Shown: positions 1-9,085, counted from the stretch's first letter. The stretch: DNA of 14,308 bases from Octopus sinensis (GCF_006345805.1 NW_021825805.1:1-14308); one strand, 5' to 3'. Numbers and translations: made by a program. Notes: generated by a model from the letters alone, not told the origin.

Positions 1-212
1 GCATCTGGCTTGTCCCTCCAACATTGTTTGACAATCGATGCTGGTGCATTTACGTCCCCGTAACTTAGCGGTTCGGCGAAAGAACCGATAGATTAACTGC
101 TAGGCTAACAAGAATAGTCCTGGTGGTCAATTTGCTCGACTAAAGGTGGTTGCTCCAGCTTGGCCACAGTCAAATGACTGAAACAAGTAAAAGAAAGAAT
201 ATAAGAGAATAA
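1..212 (+). mobile_element. SINE family A, 3' half (window starts inside it)
   Basis: Matches the 3' halves of the copies at 7997-8406 and 12165-12595 (...ggtgctccagcatggcc..agtcaaatgactgaaacaagtaaaaga). Confidence 0.85.
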
Positions 213-489
213 AAAATTTGAACTTTCAAACTTTTTGTGTATTTCTACACACCATCTGAAGGAACCAGCCTTGGTATTTTACATAGAGAAATTCAGCATC
301 TGCTTGGATACTATTTATATCCCGCCGCTTACTATATACATGTATATATAGGTGCAGGAATGGCTGTGTGGTAAGAAGCTTGTGTCTCAACCACATGGTT
401 CTGGGTAAGTGTCTTCTACTGTAGCTTCAGGTTGACCAAAGCCTTGTGAGTGGATTTGGTAGACAGAAACTGAAAGACGCTTAGTATAT

Positions 490-597
490 GTATTGCTTTG
501 GCAATACATATACTAAAATTGGAATGATACAGTGAAGATTAGCATGGCCCCTTTGCAAGGATGACACCCAAATATGTGAAGCATTCCATATATTTTT
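490..597 (+). pseudogene. U6: Full-length U6 snRNA retropseudogene
   Basis: Colinear with U6: ...catatactaaaattggaatgatacagtgaagattagcatggcccctttgcaaggatgacacccaaatatgtgaagcattccatatattttt. The ACAGAGA box is mutated to ACAGTGA (529-535). It lies inside a SINE with no U6 promoter context and is flanked by a TSD. Confidence 0.93.
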
Positions 598-877
598 AAG
601 GCAGTGAACTGGCAGAAATGTTAGCACGTGGGCAAAATGCTTTGGCGGTATTTCGTCTTTTGTTACTTCTGAGTTCAAATTCTGCCGAGGTCGACTTTGC
701 TTTCATTTCTTGATCCGGGGGATGTGTATAAATCATACCAGTTCTATCACTTTGGGTTTGATGTCAATGTAAGTCGACTCAATCCCTTGTTGTCGTGCTC
801 AATCTCGTTTCTGTCGTCTCTAGTTCATCCATATTTTCAGTAATCACAAGCCTCCTGGTGTGGGCAATAAAGAAATG
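598..877 (+). mobile_element. SINE family B (tRNA-like head), fused directly downstream of U6
   Basis: aaggcagtgaactggcagaaatgttagcacg...gagttcaaattc... aligns to 6542-6715 and has the same 3' end, gtgggcaataaagaaat. Confidence 0.8.
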
Positions 878-1124
878 AGAAACTAGAAGACGCCTGTTGT
901 GTGTGTCTTTGTGTTTGCATTTGTTCCCTTCCCCCACCATTTAGCAACCAGTGTGATATGTTTTTGTGTCCCTGTAACTTAGTGGTTCAGCAAAAGAGAC
1001 TAAGAGAATAGGCGGTGCTCCAGCATGGTCGCAGTCTAATGACTAAAGCAAGTAGAAGATAAAACAAAAGAAAGATAAAAGAAACACACACTCACACAAT
1101 AAAAGAATTGATTTTTTTTGACTT

Positions 1125-1325
1125 TATATTATGACAGTTTCCGTAGAATTTTTATTTATTTTTACATCGTCTTTTTACATAAGAAGACCATTTTGTCAGA
1201 CATCCGTGTGCAACCGCCAGATGTATTGACAGCATGTCTGACGGAATAGTCTGATTACATCAAAGGATGATGTAATACGTTACTCAACAAATAAACAGCC
1301 GTTCTATGGAAACAGTCGTAACATA
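1125..1325. mobile_element. Candidate MITE of about 200 bp with TA ends
   Basis: 24-bp terminal inverted repeats (1125-1148 vs 1302-1325, 20/24 match) and two internal perfect 9-bp inverted repeats (1195-1203/1234-1242 and 1254-1262/1268-1276). Confidence 0.5.
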
Positions 1326-1705
1326 ATGTAAAAAATATCTCTTCTTTTTCTTGTGTTATTATGTTTCACTGTGATAAATCTGCAGGATATCCTTATTGCT
1401 ATAGATTTTCAGAGTTCTTACTGTCTGAATTAAACTCTGTAGAATAGCATTGTTTCTTTCATTGATCGGTCGACAGATAACGAGTATCATTAATATTCCT
1501 CTGAGTACTCTGTTAGCCAATGACATGTCAGTGTGCTCCTGAGTTCATTGTCTGCATTGCATAGATCTCCAGTACTTGATATGCTTGTGTGTGTATATGT
1601 GTGCTTATATATATTAATTAAAATCAGGAGAACACACACACAAACACATTGTGTTTGTGTATATATACATATATATATATATGTGCATGTATATATGTGT
1701 ATATA

Positions 1706-2098
1706 TGGAATGGAAGCACTCCGTCGGTTACGACGACGAGGGTTCTTGTTGATCCGAATCAACGGAACAGCCTGCTCGTGAAATTAACGTGTAAGTGGTT
1801 GAGCACTCCACAGACACGTGTACCCTTAACGTAGTTCTCGGGGATATTCAGCATGACACAGAGAGTGACAAGGCCGGCCCTTTGAAATACAGGTACAACA
1901 GAAACAGGAAGCAAGAGTGAGAGAAAGTTGTGGTGAAAGAGTACAGCAGGGATCACCACCATCCCCTGCCGGAGCCTCGTGGAGCTTTTTTAGGTGCTTT
2001 CGCTCAATAAACACTTACAATGCCCGGTCTGGGAATCGAAACCGCGATCCTATGACCGCGAGTCCGCTGCCCTAACCACTGGGCCATTGCGCCTCCAC
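1706..2098 (-). mobile_element. tRNA-derived SINE family D, full length
   Basis: Minus-strand head ggcgcaatggcccagtggttagggcagcggactcgcggtcataggatcgcggtttcgattccc has A-box and B-box-like motifs. Its tail is shared with 10653-10984. Confidence 0.85.
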
Positions 2099-2174
2099 AT
2101 GTGTATATATAATACTATAGCCTTGAGTCAAGTCTTTTATTATTACACACACATATATACACATACACACATAT

Positions 2175-2475
2175 CTCTTTTACTCTTTTACTTGTTTCAG
2201 TCATTTAACTGCAGCCATGCTGGAGCACCGCCTTTAGTTGAACAAATCGACCCCAGGACTTATTCTTTGTAAGCCTAGTACTTATTCTATCGGTCTCTTT
2301 TACTTGTTTCAATCATTTGACTGTGGCCATGCTGGAGCACCGCCTTTAGTTGAACAAATCGACCCCAGGACTTATTCTTTGTAAGCCTAGTACTTCGATC
2401 TCTATCGATCTCTTTTGCCGAACTGCTAAGCTATTGGAATGTAACACACCAGCATCGGTTGTCAAGCGATGTTGG
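2175..2475 (-). mobile_element. SINE family A 3' half with a 112-bp tandem duplication of its tail
   Basis: ccatgctggagcaccgcctttagttgaacaaatcgaccccagg occurs at 2215 and 2327; it is the reverse complement of the family A tail. Confidence 0.85.
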
Positions 2476-2629
2476 TCATCAGCGTGTGACAATCATGAGT
2501 TGTCGATGAAAAGTAGGCCTCTCTTTGCAAACATATATCCTTTTTCCAGTGATAAAATGTCGCTGATATCAAAAAAGTATAAACAAGCAATAATAAATCT
2601 CTGAGCGAGATATAAACAGTAGCTGCAAC

Positions 2630-2668
<39 letters not shown>

Positions 2669-2864
2669 CATGTATATATATTACGGAGATGTACTTGCAT
2701 AGCATGTGACTTGATCTGAGATCGTGTGCTGAAATAAACAACAATTGCAGCGTGGAAGGTGTTTATGAGCCATTTAAACCCATTAGATTCACTTCAACAT
2801 TAAAATTTAATTTGTCAAAAGATTTTTGTCGCTTTGAAACCGTGGTCAGTGAACACAAGGCAAT

Positions 2865-2904
<40 letters not shown>

Positions 2905-3146
2905 TATATATGTATGTATGTAAGTATAATATTAGAAGAAATGAGGTACTCAGAAATATGGATGGTTTTATATTTACAGATATTTTACATGTTTTTATAA
3001 ATCATATATCATATATTAGCGCTTTCGTCCACTCTAGCGGAGTTGTCAATTTCTTCTAATATATATACCTGTACATCATCTCCAAACATTCTATATATGT
3101 ATGTATATATATATGTGTATATATGTATGTATATTATATATACATA

Positions 3147-3524
3147 CATCATCATCGTTTAATTCGTTCGTCTCCATGCTAGCATGGGGGACGGTTCGAC
3201 CGGGGATCTGGGAAGCCAGAAGGCTGCACCAGGCTCCGGTCTTATCTGGCAATGTTTCTACTACAGCTGGATGCCCTTCCTAACGCCAACCACTCCGTGA
3301 GTGTAGTGGGTGCTTTTTACGTGCCACCTGTACTGGTGCCAGGCGAGGCTGGCATCGGCCACGGTCGGATTGGTGCATTTTACGTGCCACCTGCACTGGT
3401 GTCAGGCGAGGCTGGCATCGGCCACGGTTAGATTGGTGCATTTTACGTGCCACCTGCACGGAAGCCAGTCGAGGCGGCACTGGCTTTGGCCACGATTCGG
3501 ATGGTGTTTTTTACGTGCCACCGA
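3147..3524 (-). mobile_element. Family C retroelement with (ATG)n tail and internal ~63-bp repeats, 5'-truncated
   Basis: Reverse complement of 6716-7150. tacgtgccacc occurs at 3318, 3381, 3444 and 3512, and the (CAT)n tail is at 3147. Confidence 0.85.
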
Positions 3525-3570
3525 CAGATATATATATGTATGTATGTATATATATATATATGTATGTGTG

Positions 3571-3604
<34 letters not shown>

Positions 3605-3704
3605 TAAACACATATGGCCAGACAGTCGGACGGACGTGCTGTATTATACTAAAAATGTGATGCAGTGCCTCAGCTCTCGAGGGACACTTATTGCGGAAGA
3701 ACAA

Positions 3705-3800
3705 AGAGACGGTCAGTGTAGAGAGGGTCAGTACAATTGATTAAGCCCCTTAAAGGTGGTGCACCAGTGTGACTACTTCCAAGTGACTAAACATGGTTAA
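3705..3800 (+). mobile_element. Highly decayed SINE A-like tail
   Basis: aaggtggtgcaccagtgtgactacttccaagtgactaaaca resembles the family A 3' end. Confidence 0.45.
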
Positions 3801-3831
3801 ACAATGAACAAAAGAAAGATAATCATTCTCT

Positions 3832-3892
3832 GAAACTCTCTCTCTCTCTCTCCCTCTCTCTATTTATCTGTGTGCATCTCTCTCTCTCTTTC

Positions 3893-3949
<57 letters not shown>

Positions 3950-4088
3950 TTATATATATAATCAACTTGAGCTAACAAACAGCTAATTCAGTAAAGGTGA
4001 AAGTGTAAACTGTCTGAAATACACACACTCAAACACATACACACACATATATCTGTGTATTTATATATATATATATATATATATACAT

Positions 4089-4123
<35 letters not shown>

Positions 4124-4175
4124 GATATATATATATATATATAAATACACATGCACCACATACACATACTCAGAT

Positions 4176-4248
<73 letters not shown>

Positions 4249-4505
4249 GTGTATGTATATATATGTATGTATTCATGTATTCATATTTAACCTATGATCT
4301 GCATGTGTGTGTGTATATATATATATATTCATTATACATATATATGTATGTATGCATGCATTCATATGTATCTTATATGTATGTATGTATGTATATATTC
4401 ATTATATATACATAGATACATATAATATATATATATATATGTATATATTTATGCATATATATATTGACACACATATATATACATATGGTATGCATATACC
4501 TATAG

Positions 4506-4545
<40 letters not shown>
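3832..4545. repeat. Compound microsatellite region: (CT)n, (TA)n, (TATG)n, (CA)n
   Basis: Directly visible. Confidence 0.95.
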
Positions 4546-4916
4546 ACACACCCACGCAGAGTACATAGTCGTAAGATAGCTAGCATTTCAGCTCTTGAAA
4601 AGACACTTATCACATCAGACAGATGATAAAACTAATTTCAGATACACACACACACCCACACACACACACACACATATAAACATTAAGCACTCAGACATAC
4701 TCCCACACAAGGGTTACGCACACTATTACATACACACGCGCGCGCACACACACACGTGCATCTGCGCATACGCCGTTCGTCTCTCCTCCCCCTTCTCTGC
4801 CTCATCTCCCAGCAAAACATCACCGTGGAGAAATGTCAAGTAGAAGATTGGTTTGCGATGGTTTAGCAGGCTGGCCGGTCGGTCGGTCGGCTTGCTGGTT
4901 GCCTAGTTGGAAAGTG

Positions 4917-5488
4917 GCTGGTGGTGGTGGTGGTGGTGGTGGTAGTGGTGGTGGTGGTGGTGGTGGTGGTGTGGTGTTGCTGTGATGGTGTGGTGGTGGT
5001 GGTGTGGTGGTGGTGGTGGTGGTGGTGGTGGTGGTGGTGGTGGTGGGGGGTGGTGTTGCTGGTGGTGGTGGTAGTGGTGGTGGTGGTGGTGGTGTTGCTG
5101 GGGTGGTGGTGGTGTTGCTGGTGGTGGTGGTGGTGGTGGTGGTGGTAGTGGTGGTGGTAGTGGTGTGGTGGTGGTGGTGGTGTTGTGTGGTGGTGGTGGT
5201 GTTGCTGTGGTGGTGGTGGTGGTGGTGGTGGTGGTAGTGGTGGTGGTGGTGGTGTGGTGGTGGTGGTGTTGCTGGTGATGGTGTGGTGGTGGTGGTGGTG
5301 GTGGTGGTGGTGGTGATGATGGTGATGGTGGTGGTGGTGGTGGTGTTGCTGGTGGTGGTAGTTGTGGTGGTGGTGGTGGTGGTGGTGGTGGTGGTGGTGG
5401 TGTTGCTGGTGGTGGTAGTTGTGGTGGTGGTGGTGGTGGTGGTGGTGGTGGTGCTGTTTGTCTTTTTATTGTTGTTGTTGTTGTTGTT
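4917..5488. repeat. Long imperfect (GGT)n tract grading into (GTT)n
   Basis: Directly visible; it generates the poly-P, poly-H, poly-T, poly-V and poly-W pseudo-ORFs. Confidence 0.98.
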
Positions 5489-5516
5489 GGCATTGCAGTT
5501 GATTAAACTTCAAGTC

Positions 5517-6190
5517 AGGTGTCCTTTGGTGTTATTGTTCCAGCCATGACCACCTCAACTCTCATTCAGAAATAGCGTCTAAGGTATTATCTCATGTCCT
5601 TTGATGTAATTGTTGCTTAGCCCCAGGTCAGTCCTGATCCTGCTGACCTCAGATCAAGGTTGTTCCAATCATGACCACCTCTCCTCTCATTCAGAAATAG
5701 TATCTAAGGTATTATCTTGTGCTATGTCCTTTGGTGTTGTTGTTTAGCCCCGGGTCAGTCCTGGTCCTGCTGACCTCAGATCAAGGTGGTTCCAGTCATG
5801 ACCACCTCTCCTCTCATTCAGAAATAGCATCTAAGGTATTATCTCTTGTCGTGTCCTTTGGTGTTGTTGTTTAGCCCCAGGTCAGTCCTGATCCTGCTGA
5901 CCTCAGTTCAAGGTTGTTCCAGTCATGACCACCTCTCCTCTCATTCAGAAATAGCGTCTAAGGTATTATCTCGTGTCCTTTGATGTAATTGTTGCTTAGC
6001 CCAAGGTCAGTCCTGATCCTGCTGACCTCAGATCAAGGTTGTTCCAGTCATGACCACCTCTCCTCTCATTCAGAAATATCGTCTAAGGTATTATCTCATG
6101 TCCTTTGTGTTATTGTTGCTTAGCCCCAGGTCAGTCCTGATCCTGCTGACCTCAGATCAAGGTGGTTCCAGTCATGACCACCTCTCCTCT
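5517..6190. repeat. Minisatellite, about 5.3 units of 124-127 bp
   Basis: The anchor ctcattcag occurs at 5561, 5686, 5813, 5940 and 6065. Each unit has an aggtcag/ctgacct stem-loop. The first unit lacks about 50 bp, lost between tgtt microhomologies. Confidence 0.95.
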
Positions 6191-6404
6191 TTCAGTAATA
6201 TAGCATGTGGTAGGTAAGAAGCTCGCTTCCCAAACATATAGTTATATATATGTGTGTGTGTTTGTGTATGTGTATTCGTGCATGCGTGTGTGTGTTGTGT
6301 GTGTGTGTGTGTGTGTGTGTGTATAAATCCTTAAATCCTTAAAAATGTTTTAGCCCCCGAAGGCCACAGCCATGCTGGGGCACCTATATATATATTTATA
6401 TATA

Positions 6405-6541
6405 GGTGTAGGCATGGTTGTGTGGTAAGAAGCTTGCTGCCCCATCACTTGATCCAGGTTTGGTCTTACCATGTGGCACCTCTGCTATAGCCCTCGGCTG
6501 ACCAAACCCTTGTCAGTAGATATGGCATACAGAAACTGAAG
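6405..6541 (+). mobile_element. SINE family A 5' half
   Basis: ggtgtaggcatggttgtgtggtaagaagcttgc...agaaactgaag aligns to the family A head. Confidence 0.8.
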
Positions 6542-7217
6542 AAGGCGGCAAGCTAGCAGAAATGTTAGCATGCTGGGTGAAATGCTTAGCAGTATTTCGT
6601 CTGCCGCTACATTCTGAGTTCAAATTCCACTGAGGTCAATTTTTGCCTTTCTTCCTTTCAGGGTCAATAAATTAAGTACCAGTTACACACTGGGGTCGAT
6701 ATAATCGACTTAATCAAAATCGAAATCGATCAACATCAATGGAAATTGCAGCTGTGATACCAGTGCCGGTGGTACATAAGAGAACCATCCGAACGTGGCC
6801 GTTGCCAGCGCCGTCCCAACTGGTCCCATGCTGGTGGCACGTAAAAAGCACCATCTGATTGTGACCGTTGCCAGCCTCGCCTGGCCCACATGCCAGTGGC
6901 ACGTAAAAAGCACCCTCCGATCGTGGCCGTTTGCCAGCCTCGTCTGGCACCTGTGCCGGTGGCACATAAAAAGCACCCACTACACTCATGGAGTGGTTGG
7001 CGTTAGGAAGGGCATCCAGCCGTAGAAACATTGCCAGATCAGACTGGGCCTGGTGCAGCCTTCTGGCTTCCCAGACCCCAATTGAACCGTCCAACCCATG
7101 CTAGCATGGAAAGCGGACGCTAAACGAAGATCATGATGATGATGATGATGAATCCCTTTGTCTGTCCTTGTTTGACCCCCTCTATGTTTAGCCTCCTGTG
7201 GGCAATAAAGAAATAAG
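6542..7217 (+). mobile_element. SINE family B split by a family C insertion (B parts 6542-6715 and 7151-7217)
   Basis: gacttaatc | family C | aatccctttgtctg, with aatc duplicated at 6712-6715 and 7151-7154. Confidence 0.8.
6716..7150 (+). mobile_element. Family C retroelement (possibly RTE-partnered SINE or LINE 3' end) ending in (GAT)n
   Basis: Three internal ggtggcac(g/a)taaaaagcacc repeats, then gttggcgttaggaagggcatccagcc..., ending in a GAT tail at 7135-7150. The RTE link is inference only. Confidence 0.8.
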
Positions 7218-7301
7218 ACTGCTGGTGTCCCATGATCCATTCTCTCCACCGTTTATTACCACTCTCTATATCTGACTCCCTCTTTCTCTCTCTGTTTTCA
7301 G

Positions 7302-7392
7302 GCCCTGCTTAATCACAGACCAGATTCCCAGTGTAATGTTTCAACAGCTTCAACCAACCTATGGTTAAATAACCAGAAAGATATTGTTCCAT
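7302..7392 (+). CDS. Internal coding exon (91 bp, phase 0 to phase 1) of a classical, probably receptor-type, protein tyrosine phosphatase: ALLNHRPDSQCNVSTASTNLWLNNQKDIVP(Y)
   Basis: Strong polypyrimidine tract (tctttctctctctgttttcag) before 7302 and a GTAAGT donor at 7393. The frame is open and ends DIVP+T, which joins AT of the next exon to give the PTP motif DIVPYDH. From recall, a 91-bp exon followed by a 77-bp exon matches PTPRA-type domain exon architecture. Confidence 0.85.
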
Positions 7393-7524
7393 GTAAGTTG
7401 ACCATCTTACCTTGTTTTTTGTCAATGTTGTATGTTGTAGCTTCTGGTGTGGTGGCCTTTGTTTTTATGTTATTATTGTATTGTGTACGCTCACATCAGT
7501 GCAGTGTATATATATATATATATA

Positions 7525-7939
7525 TACCCCCTACTGTCACGTTCTTGTTAGATTGACAGTATACAACCATTCTATCGCCCCACCACCGTACATGTCTCTA
7601 TGAGAGATTTAGAAATTCAATATTTCTTATTTTGATAATCAGTGAATAGACTTCACTGAAAATAGATATATACAAATACGAAGTCGAGACGAATATCACC
7701 AGCTGACCGGTGTCTCCTACTCTAGGCCGATGAAGGACAACGATCCTGAAACACGTGTCCCTAGATGCAGTTTCGGCAGCAAGTGGGTGTTTGTCTCCCC
7801 TTCGTAAATGTATATAAGGACACAGGGAAAAATGTGTCAAAGCCATCAGGAGGCGTTCAATGCTTCCTAGGGTTATACAGCGGTGGTGTACCCACTACTG
7901 TCACGTTCTTGTTAGATTGACAGTATACAACCATTCTAT
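7525..7939 (+). mobile_element. Retrozyme-like element: 364-bp unit with 51-bp terminal redundancy (about 1.14 units), inserted in (TA)n
   Basis: 51-bp direct repeat at 7525-7575 and 7889-7939 (1 mismatch), with a hammerhead in between and (TA)n on both sides. It is colinear and homologous with the 353-bp unit. Confidence 0.8.
7721..7765 (+). ncRNA. Type I minimal hammerhead ribozyme (U4C core variant CCGATGA); predicted cleavage after GUC at 7759
   Basis: Stem I tctagg/cctaga (7721-7726 and 7760-7765). Core CCGATGA at 7727-7733. Stem II agga/tcct with loop caacga. GAAA at 7748-7751. Stem III is the palindrome acacgtgt, followed by C17. Confidence 0.85.
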
Positions 7940-7958
7940 ATATATATATATATAATAT

Positions 7959-7996
<38 letters not shown>

Positions 7997-8406
7997 GGCG
8001 TAGGAGTGGCTCTGTGGTAAGTAGCTTGCTTACCAACCACATGGTTCTTTGTTCAGTCCCACTGCATGGCACCTTGGGCAAGTGTCTTCTACTGTAGCTT
8101 ACCAAAGCCTTGTGAGTGGATTTGGTAGACGGAAACTGAAAGAAGCCCATCGTATATATGTATATATATATATATATATGAATGTGTGTGTGTTTGTGTA
8201 TATGTTTGTGTCTGTGTTTGTTCTCCCACCATCACTTGAAAACTGATGCTGGTGTGTTTACGTCCCCGTCACTCAGCAGTTCGGCAAAAGAGACCGATAG
8301 AATAAGTACTAGGCTTACAAAGAATAAGTCCTGGGGTTGATTTGCTCGACTAAAGGCAGTGCTCCAGCATGGTATCAGTCAAATGACTGAAACAAAATAG
8401 TAAAGA
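7997..8406 (+). mobile_element. SINE family A, full length (tRNA-like head, internal (TA)n(TG)n, conserved tail)
   Basis: Colinear with 12165-12595. Confidence 0.9.
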
Positions 8407-8412
8407 TATGGA

Positions 8413-8450
<38 letters not shown>

Positions 8451-9024
8451 ACACATACATACTTACAGAGGGGCAAAAGTATGTACCATCATAGAGGTCA
8501 TCTGCCCTGCAGATATAAATATCTCTTTGAAAAACAAAGAAAAAGAAGATATCTATGGACAACTGCTTGGTAACCTCCAGCTTCTATATCCAGACTATGA
8601 ATTCAAAGGAGTAAAGATTGTTTGCCAACATAACATGGCAGTCCTGGTTTAGGACGAATGTTACTGTAGTTTAGCCCCAGGAGACATCGTCTCCAGCTTG
8701 CTATATGACACGATCTGTGTCCTTATATTTTCAAACAAGGGAATCTAGCACCCCCATTCCCTTGTTTGAAAATATAAGGACACAGATCATGTCATATAGC
8801 CAGCTGGAACGATGTGTCCTGGGGCTAAATTACAGCAACATTCGTCCTAAACCAGGACTGCCATGTTATGTTGGCAAACAAACTTTACTACAAGGTACTG
8901 TTGCTGAATATCTCTCGTTGTGAGATTTAAAAATTGTAATTATCTAATTTATAGATCAGTGACTAGTTGTCGTTTTGAAAGCTATATATTTCAAACGGGA
9001 ATTTGGTAGTGCCACCTCTAGCCG

Positions 9025-9085
9025 AACAATTATTCTGTGCTGATGAAGGGAAATAACCCAGAAATCACGATACACAGATATTGTT
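9025..9085 (+). ncRNA. Type I minimal hammerhead ribozyme, copy 1 of the array (best preserved); predicted cleavage after 9072 (AUA)
   Basis: Stem I tctgtg/cacaga, extended by aacaat/attgtt across a bulge. Core CTGATGA at 9040-9046. Stem II ggg/ccc with loop aaataa and a mismatched closing pair. GAAA at 9061-9064. Stem III atc-ac-gat. Confidence 0.8.

Larger units (their letters stand above)
351..1085 (+). mobile_element. SINE family A split by the U6-SINE B insertion (5' part 351-480, 3' part 878-1085)
   Basis: Both parts align to the full copies, and agaaact(ga/ag)aagacgc is duplicated at 465-480 and 878-893. Confidence 0.8.

Noticed and set aside
490-597. Functional U6 gene
   Set aside because: The ACAGAGA box is mutated, there are several other substitutions, it is embedded in a SINE with a TSD and no upstream promoter context is recognisable.
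1490-1834. Short ORFs and a possible extra exon near 1490-1560 (also near 4815-4850)
   Set aside because: No convincing splice pair or PTP similarity; the ORFs run through microsatellite and SINE sequence.
1950-2098. tRNA genes at SINE heads (also near 10075-10150)
   Set aside because: A-box and B-box-like motifs are present but there is no complete cloverleaf, and the sequences continue into SINE bodies.
2476-2545. CTGATGA on the minus strand (2476-2482) and TCGATGA...GCAAA on the plus strand as further hammerheads
   Set aside because: The first has no stem II or GAAA and runs into SINE A sequence; the second has a defective core and no stem I.
4903-5549. Long ORFs encoding poly-Pro/His/Thr (extensin-like) or poly-Val/Trp proteins
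   Set aside because: These are translations of a (GGT)n/(GTT)n microsatellite that lacks stops in several frames; there is no splice or domain evidence.
6535-6570. CTGAAGA...GAAA hammerhead-like string
   Set aside because: It is created by the SINE A / SINE B junction, and stems I-III cannot be formed.
7525-7575. 51-bp direct repeat interpreted as an unusually long TSD
   Set aside because: The repeated segment aligns to the interior of the homologous 353-bp unit, including a covarying hairpin, so it belongs to the element.
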